Part shown: piece by piece, positions 1 to 10,567 of the stretch
How the letters are laid out: the number at the start of each line of letters is the position of its first letter
Numbering within the stretch: position 1 is the stretch's first letter
NCBI RefSeq assembly: GCF_001447785.1
Contig: NW_015167061.1
Span: 193,889-257,888 of the forward strand
Direction of reading: 5' to 3'
Source of the DNA: Gekko japonicus
Lineage: Eukaryota
DNA length: 64,000 nucleotides
Translations under genes and position numbers: made by a program
The notes under the pieces: generated by a model
Database searches by the model: none
Seen by the model: only the letters and a program-made list of their open reading frames with translations
What the model was told of the DNA's origin: nothing

Positions 1-333
1 CCACCCCTTGCTCCCAGCAGCCCTCAGTCAGAGCAAGAAGCAGCCAGGTAAGTTGCAGAGCCCCCCCGGCCCCCCAGTCCAAAATGGTCCAGTGGCACCT
101 TTAAGACCAAGTTTTATTCAGATACGAGCTCTCCCTCCTCTGCGAGGGCAGATCTGCATGTCCCCCCCCCCAATAGCTAGCAATCCAAAAACAGTCCAGT
201 GGCGCCTGAGCAGTGGGTGTTGCCTTCTGACACACTTCCGGTGATGTCAGGGTGTGTGGCATATGCAAATAAGTTATGATAATGAGTTATGCTAATGAGC
301 TCCTGCACCTCTTTGTCTGCGAAATGACCACTG
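1..333. mobile_element. hAT-type MITE (partial), same family as 5012-5403
   Basis: Inverted near-identity to 5012-5340; ends GAAATGACCACTG. Confidence 0.75.
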
Positions 334-827
334 CCCGTAGCTACTGGTGTTCAGAGGAATACTGCTTCTGAACACGGAGGTTCCAATCAGCTACCACAGA
401 AAGGATCCACTGATGGATGTCTCCTCTTCCATGAGTTTGTCTCATCCCCTTTTAAAGATGTCCAAATTAGTGGCCATGGTGACTTCCTGTGGCTGTGAGT
501 TCCACAAGTAAATTATGCCGGTCCTGCCAGTTAGATGAATGGCATGTTCCTGAGTTCCAGTGTTCAGGGAGAGGGAGATGAAGTTCTTTCTGCAGCTTTC
601 CCACTCCAAGGATAACTTTATGAACCTCTGTCATACCCTTTAGCCCCCTTTCTTCTAAATGACAAAAAAAAAAACCCAATATTTTAGCCTTTCCTTCTCA
701 GAAAGATGTCTCCTCAGTTCTTTCAGTTGCTCTGTTCTGCTTAAGGCGTTCTCCTCAGCCCTGACAGATCCTCATTGTGCGACTTCATGAGCAACAGCCA
801 GCCAATGAGGAATATCACTCACCTTTA

Positions 828-1033
828 CCGTTGCCAACCTCCAGGTGGGCCCTGGAGACCTCCCAGAATTACAACGGATCTCCTGGCTACAGAGATCAAT
901 TCCCCTGAAGACGATGGAAGCTTTGGAGGGTGGGTGCTATGGACTGAGGCCCCTCCCCTCCCCAACCCCTCTGTCCACAGGCTCCACCCCCCAAAACCTC
1001 CAGGTATTTCTCAACCTGAAGTTGGCAACTCTA
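828..1033. mobile_element. MITE with TAGGGTTGCCA-type termini (also ~23891-24129, ~41511-41730)
   Basis: GTTGCCAAC...GTTGGCAAC inverted ends; recurs in the window. Confidence 0.7.
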
Positions 1034-1039
1034 CATCAC

Positions 1040-1174
1040 CTTATAAACGTCGTACGATTCGATCCTGGTGTCAAAGCAGACGTAGAGGTTGTTGAGCATC
1101 TCCACCACTTGCAAGGGTGTGCAGGAGGCAGCGATGCCCGTGAAGCCGACCACGTCAGAGAAGAAGATGGTGAC
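1040..1174 (-). CDS. Guanylyl cyclase catalytic-domain exon
   Basis: [45 protein letters not shown]; AG/GT bounded; 135 nt; phase 0/0. Confidence 0.95.
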
Positions 1175-4100
1175 CTGCCGGAGGGAGGCGGCAGAGAGCG
1201 TGAACTCCCCTCCCCGGCAGAAGGGGGGCCCTTTCCTGCCCCAGCCCTTCAGAGAGGCCCACTGGCTCCCTCCCTGCTCTTTGTCTTTTACGGGAAGTAT
1301 TTGTCCTGGGTTTTGCCATGCTGTGCGCAAGCTGATGGCCCCAGTTAAGGGGCAACTTTGGCTAATAAGACCCCCCCTCCCCCCCGTCCCTCAAATGCAA
1401 AATGCTTTCTGGGGATGGTTGGGGGGTTTCTGCCTCTGTTTGAAGCCTCATCCTTCAATGCACCGGCTCTTTGGCTCTTTCTTTAGGTTTCCAAACTCTC
1501 AGCGCTTGTCATATAATTGCATCCAGATGGTTTTCTGTAACATGCTCCCCTCCGTCCTTTGCCTGGGTTAGAATGAGCCTTTGATGCTTTGGATTCCCAG
1601 GGGAACATCTAATTGCCCAATTACGGGCCTTGTGTAGGTAATGACACCTCTCAGCCAAGTGCAAAATATTCTGTCGTGGGGTGAAGGACGAGGGCCTCCC
1701 CGGTCCCCTCCCCAGTAAAAACAGGTGAGCGACTAGCAAAAAAGACGAAAGAGAGGTAATGATGGGTACGTGTGTGGATTCCGGATTGCAGCCAATCAGG
1801 TGTGAATGTTGCTGGAGCAGGCGACTCAGCATGCCTGGACGTTGGGGGGGTCCTACATCTCTCTAAGTGTGTACAGGTGTTATCTCCTTGAATGGGATGT
1901 CTCACTTTGTCATAGCCGAGGAGCCGCCCTCTGACCCCTCCGCTCTCTGTGCCCTTTGTCCCCTCCCTCACTTCACATGGCCTTCCATGGAGAATCCCAC
2001 ACACGTGATGCCTGATAAGCCGGCCATTTGAGATAGGGGAAAGTACTCTTTAGATGAGGCTTCTCTCTCTCCTTTTGACCGCAACCTGAATGTGAACTGG
2101 ATCTACCTGGATAAATGTAAGTTTACCTTCTTTGCAATATACTTCTTGAGAGATTTATTTACCGCACTCAGTATCATGCTTCTATGACTGGGCAAAATTC
2201 TGCCACATTATCCAAATATCCCAACAGGGTTATGGGCCCCGAGTGAATTTTGAAGTTTAAAAGGAATTTTCCTTATTGGTTTGTTTTTTCTCTTGCTTGA
2301 GCCGTTGCAAGGCTTCACCAAACAAGAGATGCTGGGGATTTGTGTAACACTCAGGATTGTGCTTCTACGACAGGGCAAACCCTGCTATATTAACCAAATA
2401 TCCCAATGAATGTGTTTGTTTTGAGAGGCAGGGCGGCAGCAGGTGCCTTTCCCAGCTGGGCTTGACAACCAAGGGGGCTCATGGTCCCCCCCATCCACCC
2501 AGCCAGCCCCTTCCGGTTCCATTTCCATCAGCCATCTGACATCAGTCGTAACTTAACTTTTTTGTTCTTATTGGAGAAAAAGCCTTTGACGAAAGGCATC
2601 GATTGGGATGGGCTTCAGTAGAGCAGATATCAGAAATGGGGGCACGGGGGGGGGGTTCTACTGCATTCCATCTGTTGCTGGTAGATTAGAATCATAGAAT
2701 CGTAGAGTTGGAAGGGAGCTCCAGGGCAGTGTTCCCTCTAAGATGAGTTAGTGTGAGCTAGGCTTTCAGCCTCACAGATTTTTATCGTCGCTCAGGAAGG
2801 AGGGCTCCAGAGCAAACTAATTTATGCAGTAGCCAATCCTCACTCACAACTTTAGTGCCAGGAGCTCACAAAGTAGAATTTTTACTCACGACTCCACAGC
2901 TTAGAGGGAGCAATGCTCCAGGGTCATATAGTCCAACCCCCTGCACGATGCAGGAAATTCACAAATACTGCCCCCCACACTCCTAGTGACTCCTATTCCA
3001 CGCCCAGAAAATGGCAGAAAAACCTCCAGGGTCTCCAGCCAAACTGGCCTGGAGAAAAATTGCTTCCTGACCCCAAAGTGGCAATCGGCATTTCCCTGGG
3101 CGTGTAAGGAAGGCCCACGAGAACTAAGCACTGAGGCAACCCTTCCTGCCCTCCCTTTCATGATCTGCCTAAGTCCACAGAATCACCTGGTCATAATTCT
3201 CTGCCTCCACGTGCTTGTTCTTCCTCAGCTGCTTGGCCACGGACTTGGGCAACATTTGGTGCAGGAGATCCTCCGCCAAGCGCCTCTCCCGCTTCAGATC
3301 CTCCGTCCGTTCCTTGAGGCTGCGAGCGTAGTTCTGGATCCAGCTGGTCATCTCCTTAAAGGACACGAGGATGACGGGGTAGATGAGGCCAGCGACTAGC
3401 CAGAGGCTTACTTGGAGGCTGACCAAGGAGAGGACCTCCTTGGATTTCTTGCCGAGCCTCTTTGGACTTTGTTCCAACACGCAGGCCTGGAGGGACTCGA
3501 GTGCCTTCAGTACACCTCTGCCAGGTGGGGGAGACGAGGAGCCCAGGGAGGGGGTGTTGAAGACTGGTGCTCCTCCATGGTGGGTGGAAGAGATGGAGAG
3601 GTTCGGGTTCTCCATCCAACATTCCCGAACGTTCTCTGATGCGAAAGCGTAGTGCGTGAGGATGGCGGACATCTGATGCCACAGCACCCGGAAATCTTCA
3701 GGTGGTGGGAATGTTTCTTCAGAATCCAGGACGGCCCCCTTGAGTCTCAGGATGAGTCTGAGAGTTGCCACGTCCACCCAACTGGGGTTCGATTTCGTAG
3801 CCTTGAGGTCCTCTTCTGGGCTTTCCAGCATCTCCAGAAGTTCTGAAATAATCCTGGATTGCACAAGAACCATCTGTGGTGCATGGGTGCTGTTCAGCTT
3901 CCGTCTTACCTTGGCGACGAAAACCCGGCACTCAAGATCTGCCTCTTCCGTGCACTCTTGGCTCATGCCCTGGACCTTCTCTCTGGCCTCTGCACAGAGA
4001 ACATCTAGCGTCTCGAGCACCCATGAGCCTTCTTCTCCCTTGCCTTCAACAGCTCCCTCGCCCCAGCAGCAAGGACGCTTCCCTTCCTCCTGAAGGACAC

Positions 4101-7100
4101 CGATGAGGTGAAGAACCAGAAGAGTCCGACACGAATGCAAGTTGGCGAGGGCCTTCTCTATGTTCTTCCACGAGTCCAGAGTGGTGTTTAAATCAAGGGA
4201 GATGTTGCCTACCAGGGCTAACAGAGAGACCAGACAGGCCGCCCAAACCCGTCTCACTGTCTTGCTGGCACCACAGTTTGAGTGCGGACAACATCTGGAA
4301 GGAGAGGAGAATTTGGTCAGCTGCGGAGAAGAAGGAGGGGCAGTGGAAAGGCGCAAAAAGTCTGGGCCAAAGACTTCACAGAAAAGGTAGGTGTTAAGGT
4401 GTTGGGTATTACAAGCTGAAAACACTCAGTGTGTCTGGGGTTAAATGTTTGTTTATGTTACTCACAGGAAGTCACATGTTTCTCATGTAACCAATGTTCT
4501 TTGGATGTGGGAAGCCCGGGAATTTTCTCCCTGATCTAGGAATTTTATTGGGACTAAAGTGTCAAGGTGTATTAGCATTTTATGGCTTCTCTTCCCATCT
4601 GGTGTTCTGAAGAAGAACAAGAAGAGCAGCCACAATCTCTCTCTTCTAGTTTTGTCTTTGTAGTGTAAGGATGTAGCCGATCATGCTCTGTTGTTATTTT
4701 CATCCCAGTTACCCATTTGATTTTGTATGCTGTTTGACGGGTCTTTGACCGTAATAAACTGATTGATTGATTGATTGATTGATCCCAGTTACCCCTTCCC
4801 ATGCTAGAATTTAGTAAAAACTTTATATTTTAATCACACATGGACTCTCGGTCTGAATTATCTTACTCTGGCATTCTTGTAGCTGGGTAGCAGCATGTAG
4901 TCTTCCAGGTTTCACAGAATCCTTTGTCAGGATGAAAGACTGTATTATTTTTTCTTTAAAGAAGAAGAAGAGGAGGAGGAGGAGGAGGAGGAGGAGGAGA
5001 TTGGATTTATACAGGGGTCATTTCATAGAAAAAGAGGTGCAGGAGCTCATTAGCATAACTCGTTAGCATAACTCATTTGCATGGGCCACACACCCTGACA
5101 TCACTGGAAGTGTGTCAGAAGGCAACACCCACAGCTCAGGCTCCACTGGACTGTTTAGGATTGCTAGCTATTGGAGGTGGGGGGAACGTGCAGATCTGTC
5201 CTCGCAGAGGAGGGAGAGCTTGTACCTGAATAAAACTTGGTCTTAAAGGTGCCACTGGACTCTTTTGGATGGGGGGGGCTCTGCAACTTACCTGGCTGCT
5301 TCTTGCTCTGACTGAGGGCTGCTGGGAGCAGGGGGTGGGGCTTGTTGCATGTGCCCGCCCCCTGGGCTCCACTCCTGTGCACTCCTGCAGGAAATGACCC
5401 CTGGATTTATACCCCACCCTTCACAACCCAAAGGTGTCTCAGAGTGGCTTACAAACTCCTTTTCCCTTCCCCTCCCCACAACAGACACCCTGTGAGGTAG
5501 GTGGGGCTCTGAGAGAGCTCTTGACAGAAATTGCCCTTTTTCAAGAACTGCTCTTATCAGAACTACGGCTTGCCCAAGGTCATCCAGCCAGCTGCGAGTG
5601 GAGGAGGAGTGGGGAATCAAACCCGGTTCTCCCAGATTAGAGTCTGCATACTTAACCACGACACCAAACTGGCTCTCTGTTTTGATGTTTTGATTAGTTT
5701 ACCTGTATTTGGATAGGCTAGTTTGCTGTTTTTCTTGTATGGAATTCATATTAATTTTTTTTTAAGGATGAAAGACTATGATGGTCACTTTGCAAGGTAC
5801 ACAAAGCTCTTCTTGGGACCTTCTAAGAGCGCCATGGGCTTAATCGATCTATTGCGTTCATTATTTTTAAATCATTTGTCCACTGTGTTTGTATCCTTGC
5901 CCCTTCCTCCAAGGAAGTCAGGATAACACACATAGGTCCTCCCAAAAACGGTCCTGAGAACAGCTCTGCGGGGTAGGCTAGCTGAAGGGAGATGACTGGC
6001 CCAAGGTCACCTAACAGTCTTTGTGGCTGAGTGGGGAACTTGAACCCAGGGCCCTAAGTGCAGTGCACAGCACTGGGCCTCAGGAAAGTTTTTCTCTTTC
6101 AATGGCTGGATTTGTGTCCGTATTTTTCACCAATGTGACCCCTGCATACTATTTCTTTCTCTCACTTCTGCCCAGCATACTGAAGTCTCTTTTGAATCTT
6201 TCACTCCCTGCATGGGGCAGATTTGAAATATAATGATTCCGGTTTGATCACATGGCCTCCTTGCCGGCATGTGCATAAGGAATGCCTAAGCAAGACTGCA
6301 GCCTGTTAGACAGATCATGGTGATCTAAACGACAGTCAGAGGTCTCATGACTGGACGTGTAGCATCAGCCTGCAGGAGGTGCTTCCGTGACTCAGCATCT
6401 CTGTGCTGATTGGATAAAAAAGTAAAGGTTCCCTTGCTCGAAAGCCAGTCGAATCCAACTCTAGGGTTGCGGTGCTCATCTCCGTTTCAAAGCCGAAGAG
6501 CCAGCGCTGTCCGAAGACGTTTCCGTGGTCATGTGGCCGGCATGACTAAACACCAAGGCGCGCGGAACGCTGTTACCTTCCCACCGAAGTGGCCCCTATT
6601 TATCTACTTGCAATTTCTTGCTTTCGAACTGCTAGGTTGGCAGGAGCTGGAACTAGAGACGGAAGCTCACTCCGTCATGCGGCACCCCTGGGTCTCGAAC
6701 TGCTGAACTACCGACCTTCCACAGCCTGCAGTTCAGCGTCTTAACCACTTGAGCCACCGCAGCTCCTGCCGATTGGATATCCATGTGTATATAAGTCCGT
6801 AATGTATATGCCACTATATGCCAGTATGGTATCAGGTTGCTTGGCAAAGCACTTTGTCAGTGGGATCTGTGAATGCTTTGCCAGAAGGACTGTGTAAATG
6901 GCACTAACCTAAGCTGGTGTGTGCAAGATCTATTTGACTCTGCAACATTCACTCGAGGAACAGGAGATATATCACCGGCCACCATTGCCCACAATACCGT
7001 CACTCCTTCGCATTGCACTAAGATTCTAAAGAGAGTAAAGTCGTTCTTCAGCTGGGAGAGAGGCAGGTGCACCGTGCAGGCGGAACTTTGTCCGTTTTTA

Positions 7101-9008
7101 AAAAGAAAAAACCAGGTTTCGTATCATTGAACTCTTTCCAAATGCTACAATATGTTTACAGTGGCTGATCGAATGACAGATTGAGGAGATTTCCCTGAAG
7201 GTTAATTTGCACCATCTTTTCAAACAGAGATTTTTACAATTACCCATCTGTGTTCCTGTCAAAGGAACGATGTCCCCCAAAGCTCACACTAGCCTTTTGC
7301 TGTGCTATATTTTTCCTTCTTCTCTCAACAGCTACCCAGACAGCAAAATTCATAGTGGCTAGAAATTGGTTTATCTGTCATGGCCTTCCCACAAAGGAGA
7401 GATGATTTTGCTACCTCTTTTTTTTTTGGAGTTTCTCGAACAGCTAAAAGAGGTTTGAAAATGGTTTGAATTTTGCCGTGTAGACCCAGGGCAGGGAGGC
7501 TTCTGAGATAAATGCAGGAGCTAAAGAATTGTTGTCTGTTGTCGTAAGGAAAGGCAAATCCCAGTGATGGAGAATTTGAATGCCATTAACAGAAAGATAT
7601 TTAAAATATTTGGCAGTTTGCTATGGTGAATTTTAGATAATGCAATTATGTACTGTTGTGCAAATCAAGGTTTTTGAATGTTAAGAACACACAGAACCCT
7701 TAATAACGGTTTTATGTCCCTTCCTCTATTCAAATATATCAGTGTTATAATTCAATATTTCCTTATTTGCAACCTTTGTTAACATAGATGACGGGTATCT
7801 TGATGGTGGGGGGAGACTGGTTAGTCACGCAAGCATCCACAGCAATATTATCAGGAAATACATTAATCTGTGGATTACTAAAGACCTTATCCAGTTAAAT
7901 TAGTTTGTCTTCACCTATTCTTAATTCCCCCCGGTCCATAAGATGGAAAAGAGGTTTCGAATCTGGCAAAGAATTGTGTCACATAAATCAATTGACACAG
8001 AATATGCTTCATTGATATAAACGGGAAAGCAGAAAACCACTTTCAGCTAAATGTTTAAAGTACAATCTTTGGGGGGATGGGGGCGTTATCGGCGATTTTT
8101 CTTCTTGCCTGGTACTCAGTTCTCAACTGCCACAGAATATTTTGCTGTGAGCCAATAATGTACTTTAAAGCTACACATCCAAGAGCATATTAAAAATAGC
8201 AAATTATTTTGACTTTGAATGGCTTCTGCATTCTCTCGCCCTCAATTCTTCCCTCCTTACCCATCTTTTATTTTTAAATACTTCCTCCATTATCCTGTAT
8301 AATTTAAAAAAATGGCAGGGAGATAATGTGGAAAAAACAAATCTAGGGGGATAAGCAAAAAAACTATTAGCTAATAAGCCAATCTAGCCCCTTTGTCTTG
8401 GCAAAGCTTCTTCAGAAAACCCAGTGAGAAATTGAATTTCAAGGGGGAAATATTTTTAATAAAAATGCCCCGAAACACTGCGTGCACAGTGCAGGATATT
8501 AAATTTTGCCTGTGCTGTGACAATTCTGGGTGATGTTAAATTTGCTTTTATTGGAAAACAAAGGTCAGGCTCCTTGGGAAGGTAACTAACACTAAAGAGA
8601 AGCGTTTCTGTAGAAATGAAAGTCACTTTCAGCCTCATTTGGGTCACTTTAGGATGGCCAAATGGCTACTTATATCCTGTGGCTGCACCCATTTCTGTAG
8701 TCGCTCCTTTCCCCCCAGAATGTCTCTCTCCAAACGTTTTCTGAATCTTCCTTTCCCCTCCCATCTGTGGCTTGCTAAACCTTTTAGACCTGTTTCTTCT
8801 GGAAAGCCTCCGTTCCCCCCAAGAAAATTCAGGAAACCTCAGCGACTGGTCTGAGTCTCCATTCTGGTGCGTACCTGGCAGTCAGGGCGGCCATCCGAGA
8901 GCTCTTCTGCTTGGGGATTGGGGCCGTTTTGCCCTTGTGGGTCCGGTGGACCTTCCCCTTGAGAGACGTGGAGGAAGAGAAGACATTTTGGCTGCCAACT
9001 CCTGCCAT
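1040..9008 (-). CDS. Two-TM membrane guanylyl cyclase lacking a kinase-homology domain (NIT-GC-like), 5' part; join(9008..8875, 4294..3187, 1174..1040), continues beyond the left edge
   Basis: Exon A starts ccATGG ([10 protein letters not shown]...MAALTA-AG|GTACGC, phase 2). It joins ttccag|A-TGT-TGT of exon B (1108 nt: TM1 [20 protein letters not shown]2 [23 protein letters not shown]-helix [21 protein letters not shown], ends ENYDQ|GTGATT). Exon C is [12 protein letters not shown]...YDVYK|GT, the start of a class III cyclase domain with the first metal-binding Asp. About 459 codons are open and the splice phases agree. Confidence 0.85.
1672..2207. mobile_element. Possible solo LTR
   Basis: TGT...ACA ends, internal CCAAT box, U3-R-U5-like composition; no clean target-site duplication. 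Confidence 0.3.
2686..3185 (-). mobile_element. CR1 LINE 3' fragment containing a nested MITE
   Basis: (ATTCTATG)-type tail; colinear with the CR1 3' end at 54453-54715. Confidence 0.8.
2727..2915. mobile_element. hAT MITE, TIR CAGTGTTCCCTCTAAG; ~20 copies in window (e.g. 15273, 18517, 26908, 28890, 31912, 32858, 42600, 44980, 46408, 47378, 49027, 53479, 53690, 58189, 58422, 60333, 63771)
   Basis: Terminal inverted repeats; 8-bp TSD CTCCAGGG here and ATTGCATG at 31912-32117. Confidence 0.9.
3187..4294 (-). CDS. Guanylyl cyclase, large exon: TM1, ectodomain, TM2, S-helix
   Basis: Inside ORF 3169..4425; pyrimidine tract + AG at 4296-4295; GT at 3186-3185; [14 protein letters not shown] is the GC dimerisation-helix motif. 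Confidence 0.9.
4958..5676 (-). mobile_element. tRNA-derived SINE (~270 bp; head GAGCCAGTTTGGTGTAGTGGTTAAG, tail ATAAATCCAATCTC(TTC)n), split here by the MITE; other copies ~9653, 23498, 31391, 32482, 37727, 38903, 40053, 41815, 56801, 63297, 63598
   Basis: Pol III A/B-box-like head, simple-repeat tail, more than 10 near-identical copies. Confidence 0.9.
5012..5403. mobile_element. hAT MITE inserted in a SINE tail
   Basis: TIR CAGGGGTCATTTC/GAAATGACCCCTG; perfect 8-bp TSD GATTTATA. Confidence 0.9.
6417..6766 (-). mobile_element. Sauria SINE-like element; other copies 14048-14396, 36225-36452, 40889-41236, 44468-44803, 50804-51072 (+)
   Basis: tRNA-like head, body CCTGCCAACCTAGCAGTTCGAAAGC...GGGAAGGTAAC, (ACCTTT)n tail. 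Confidence 0.85.
8875..9008 (-). CDS. Guanylyl cyclase, putative first coding exon (basic cytoplasmic N-tail)
   Basis: ATG in ccATGG context; 44 codons + AG then GTACGC donor; phase 2 matches the acceptor at 4294. Not in the ORF track. Confidence 0.6.
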
Positions 9009-10561
9009 GGAAGCTCCCTTCTCAGCTCAGGGGAGAACAGGAAAGAGACAGAGACTGGAGAAGCCCACTAAAAAGCACTTGGATTTCTGACGCTTGGAGC
9101 AGCACGCCCACCCCCTCTGGGGGCTGTGGAAGGTGCTAGCGGCTCACGCTTTGGGGGGGAAAGCAGAACTGGCCGAGAGACTTTGATGCCCCAACAAACT
9201 GGCAAGGGACCCAAATTGGCACGGCGGTGCTTTGTTGTAGGTTCTTCCACTTCCTTTCCAATTCCTCAGAACTCTTACCTGTTTGGGCTGTTTAAGAAAA
9301 AGCAGAATCTACCTGCTGGAACCAGTTAATGCAGTGCATGACTGAGGGACACTGATGCAAACTGCTCTGACTTGATTCTGCTTGCACATTTCAAATGTGG
9401 TACTCTTAAAAGCTGATATGTTTCCCGATTCCTAAATGCAGCCTCTATTGCAGTAGGTAAAAAAGAGAAGTATCAAATAATGCATGTTGGTCTATAACGT
9501 TTTCTTGAATTACATCACTATCAGGACATCTGGAGTGGTCAAAAGGTGCCCACCCACCCTATTAGTTTCAAGGATTAGAGGCTTTCATGGAGCATATTCC
9601 TTGCAATTTGGGGTAATTGTGGCCTACCCTACAAAAAGTTCATAACGTTTAAGAAGAAGAGATTGGATTTATACCCCGCCCTTCACTTGGGAGTCTCAGA
9701 GCGGCTTACAGACTCCTTTCCCTTCCCCTCCCCACAACCCTGTGAGGTAGGTGGGGCTGAGAGAGCTCTGAAAGAACTGCTCTTTCAAGAACAGCTCTGA
9801 CAGAACTATGGCTTGCCCAAGGTCATTCAGCAGCTGCAAGTGGAGGAGTGGGAAATCAAACCCGGTTCTCCCAGATTAGAGTCCGCACACTTAACTACTA
9901 CACCAAACTGGCTCTCTACACCAAACTGGTTTAATGAAACAACTCACCAAAGTCATCTATTTTTCCCCATTGAGTTTTATTTTTGAGACTCTTAATGATG
10001 CTGTTTGCTTCTGTTTTTTATATTTTGGCTGTTTTTAAGGTTCCAGAGTTTTAAAGTTAGATCTGGCTGGGCCGTTGGATGGATTCTAACTTCTGCTGCA
10101 TAATACTTGTCTCTTTTCAGCTATTCTGAATGTTTTAGGCAGAAACGTTTTAAGCACCAAGAAGCACTCTTCCTTCAGAGCGGGCCAGGGAAGGAGAAAA
10201 ACCGAGTGGCGGGCTACCTCCCCCTTTTATTTCCTGTATTCATAGTGGGAGATTCTATATGTGAAGAAAGAGCTGGCTGCGTAACACGAAAAGCGGCAGG
10301 AGGTCTCTCCTACTATCTGTGCTGTTTGGAAGGCAGCGTTTTAAAAGAGGTGTGCGTGCACAACGTAATGTCCCAGTCATCCAGAACAACGAAAAGGGAC
10401 AAGCCGCCTGTCCTCAATAATGTATTTGTCGCCTGCTAAGGCAGCTCATGAATATTACCTTCCTACAGTTAGGATAATCGCGAGACATCAGCTAAACAAA
10501 AGACTCCCCACACACACACAGAATACATGACTATAACCACCAAGTGTAGACTTGAACAATA

Positions 10562-10567
10562 TTTATT
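10562..10567 (-). promoter_or_regulatory. Candidate polyadenylation signal of KIAA2013
   Basis: AATAAA on the minus strand at the end of ~1.7 kb of TE-poor, UTR-like sequence. Confidence 0.5.

Noticed and set aside
4430-4916. Possible second solo LTR (also ~24385-25010)
   Set aside because: LTR-like composition, but termini and TSD could not be defined.
9271-9330. Possible upstream non-coding exon of the cyclase (CAG|GTAAGA at 9279, minus strand)
   Set aside because: Only a donor-like word; no supporting evidence without transcripts.
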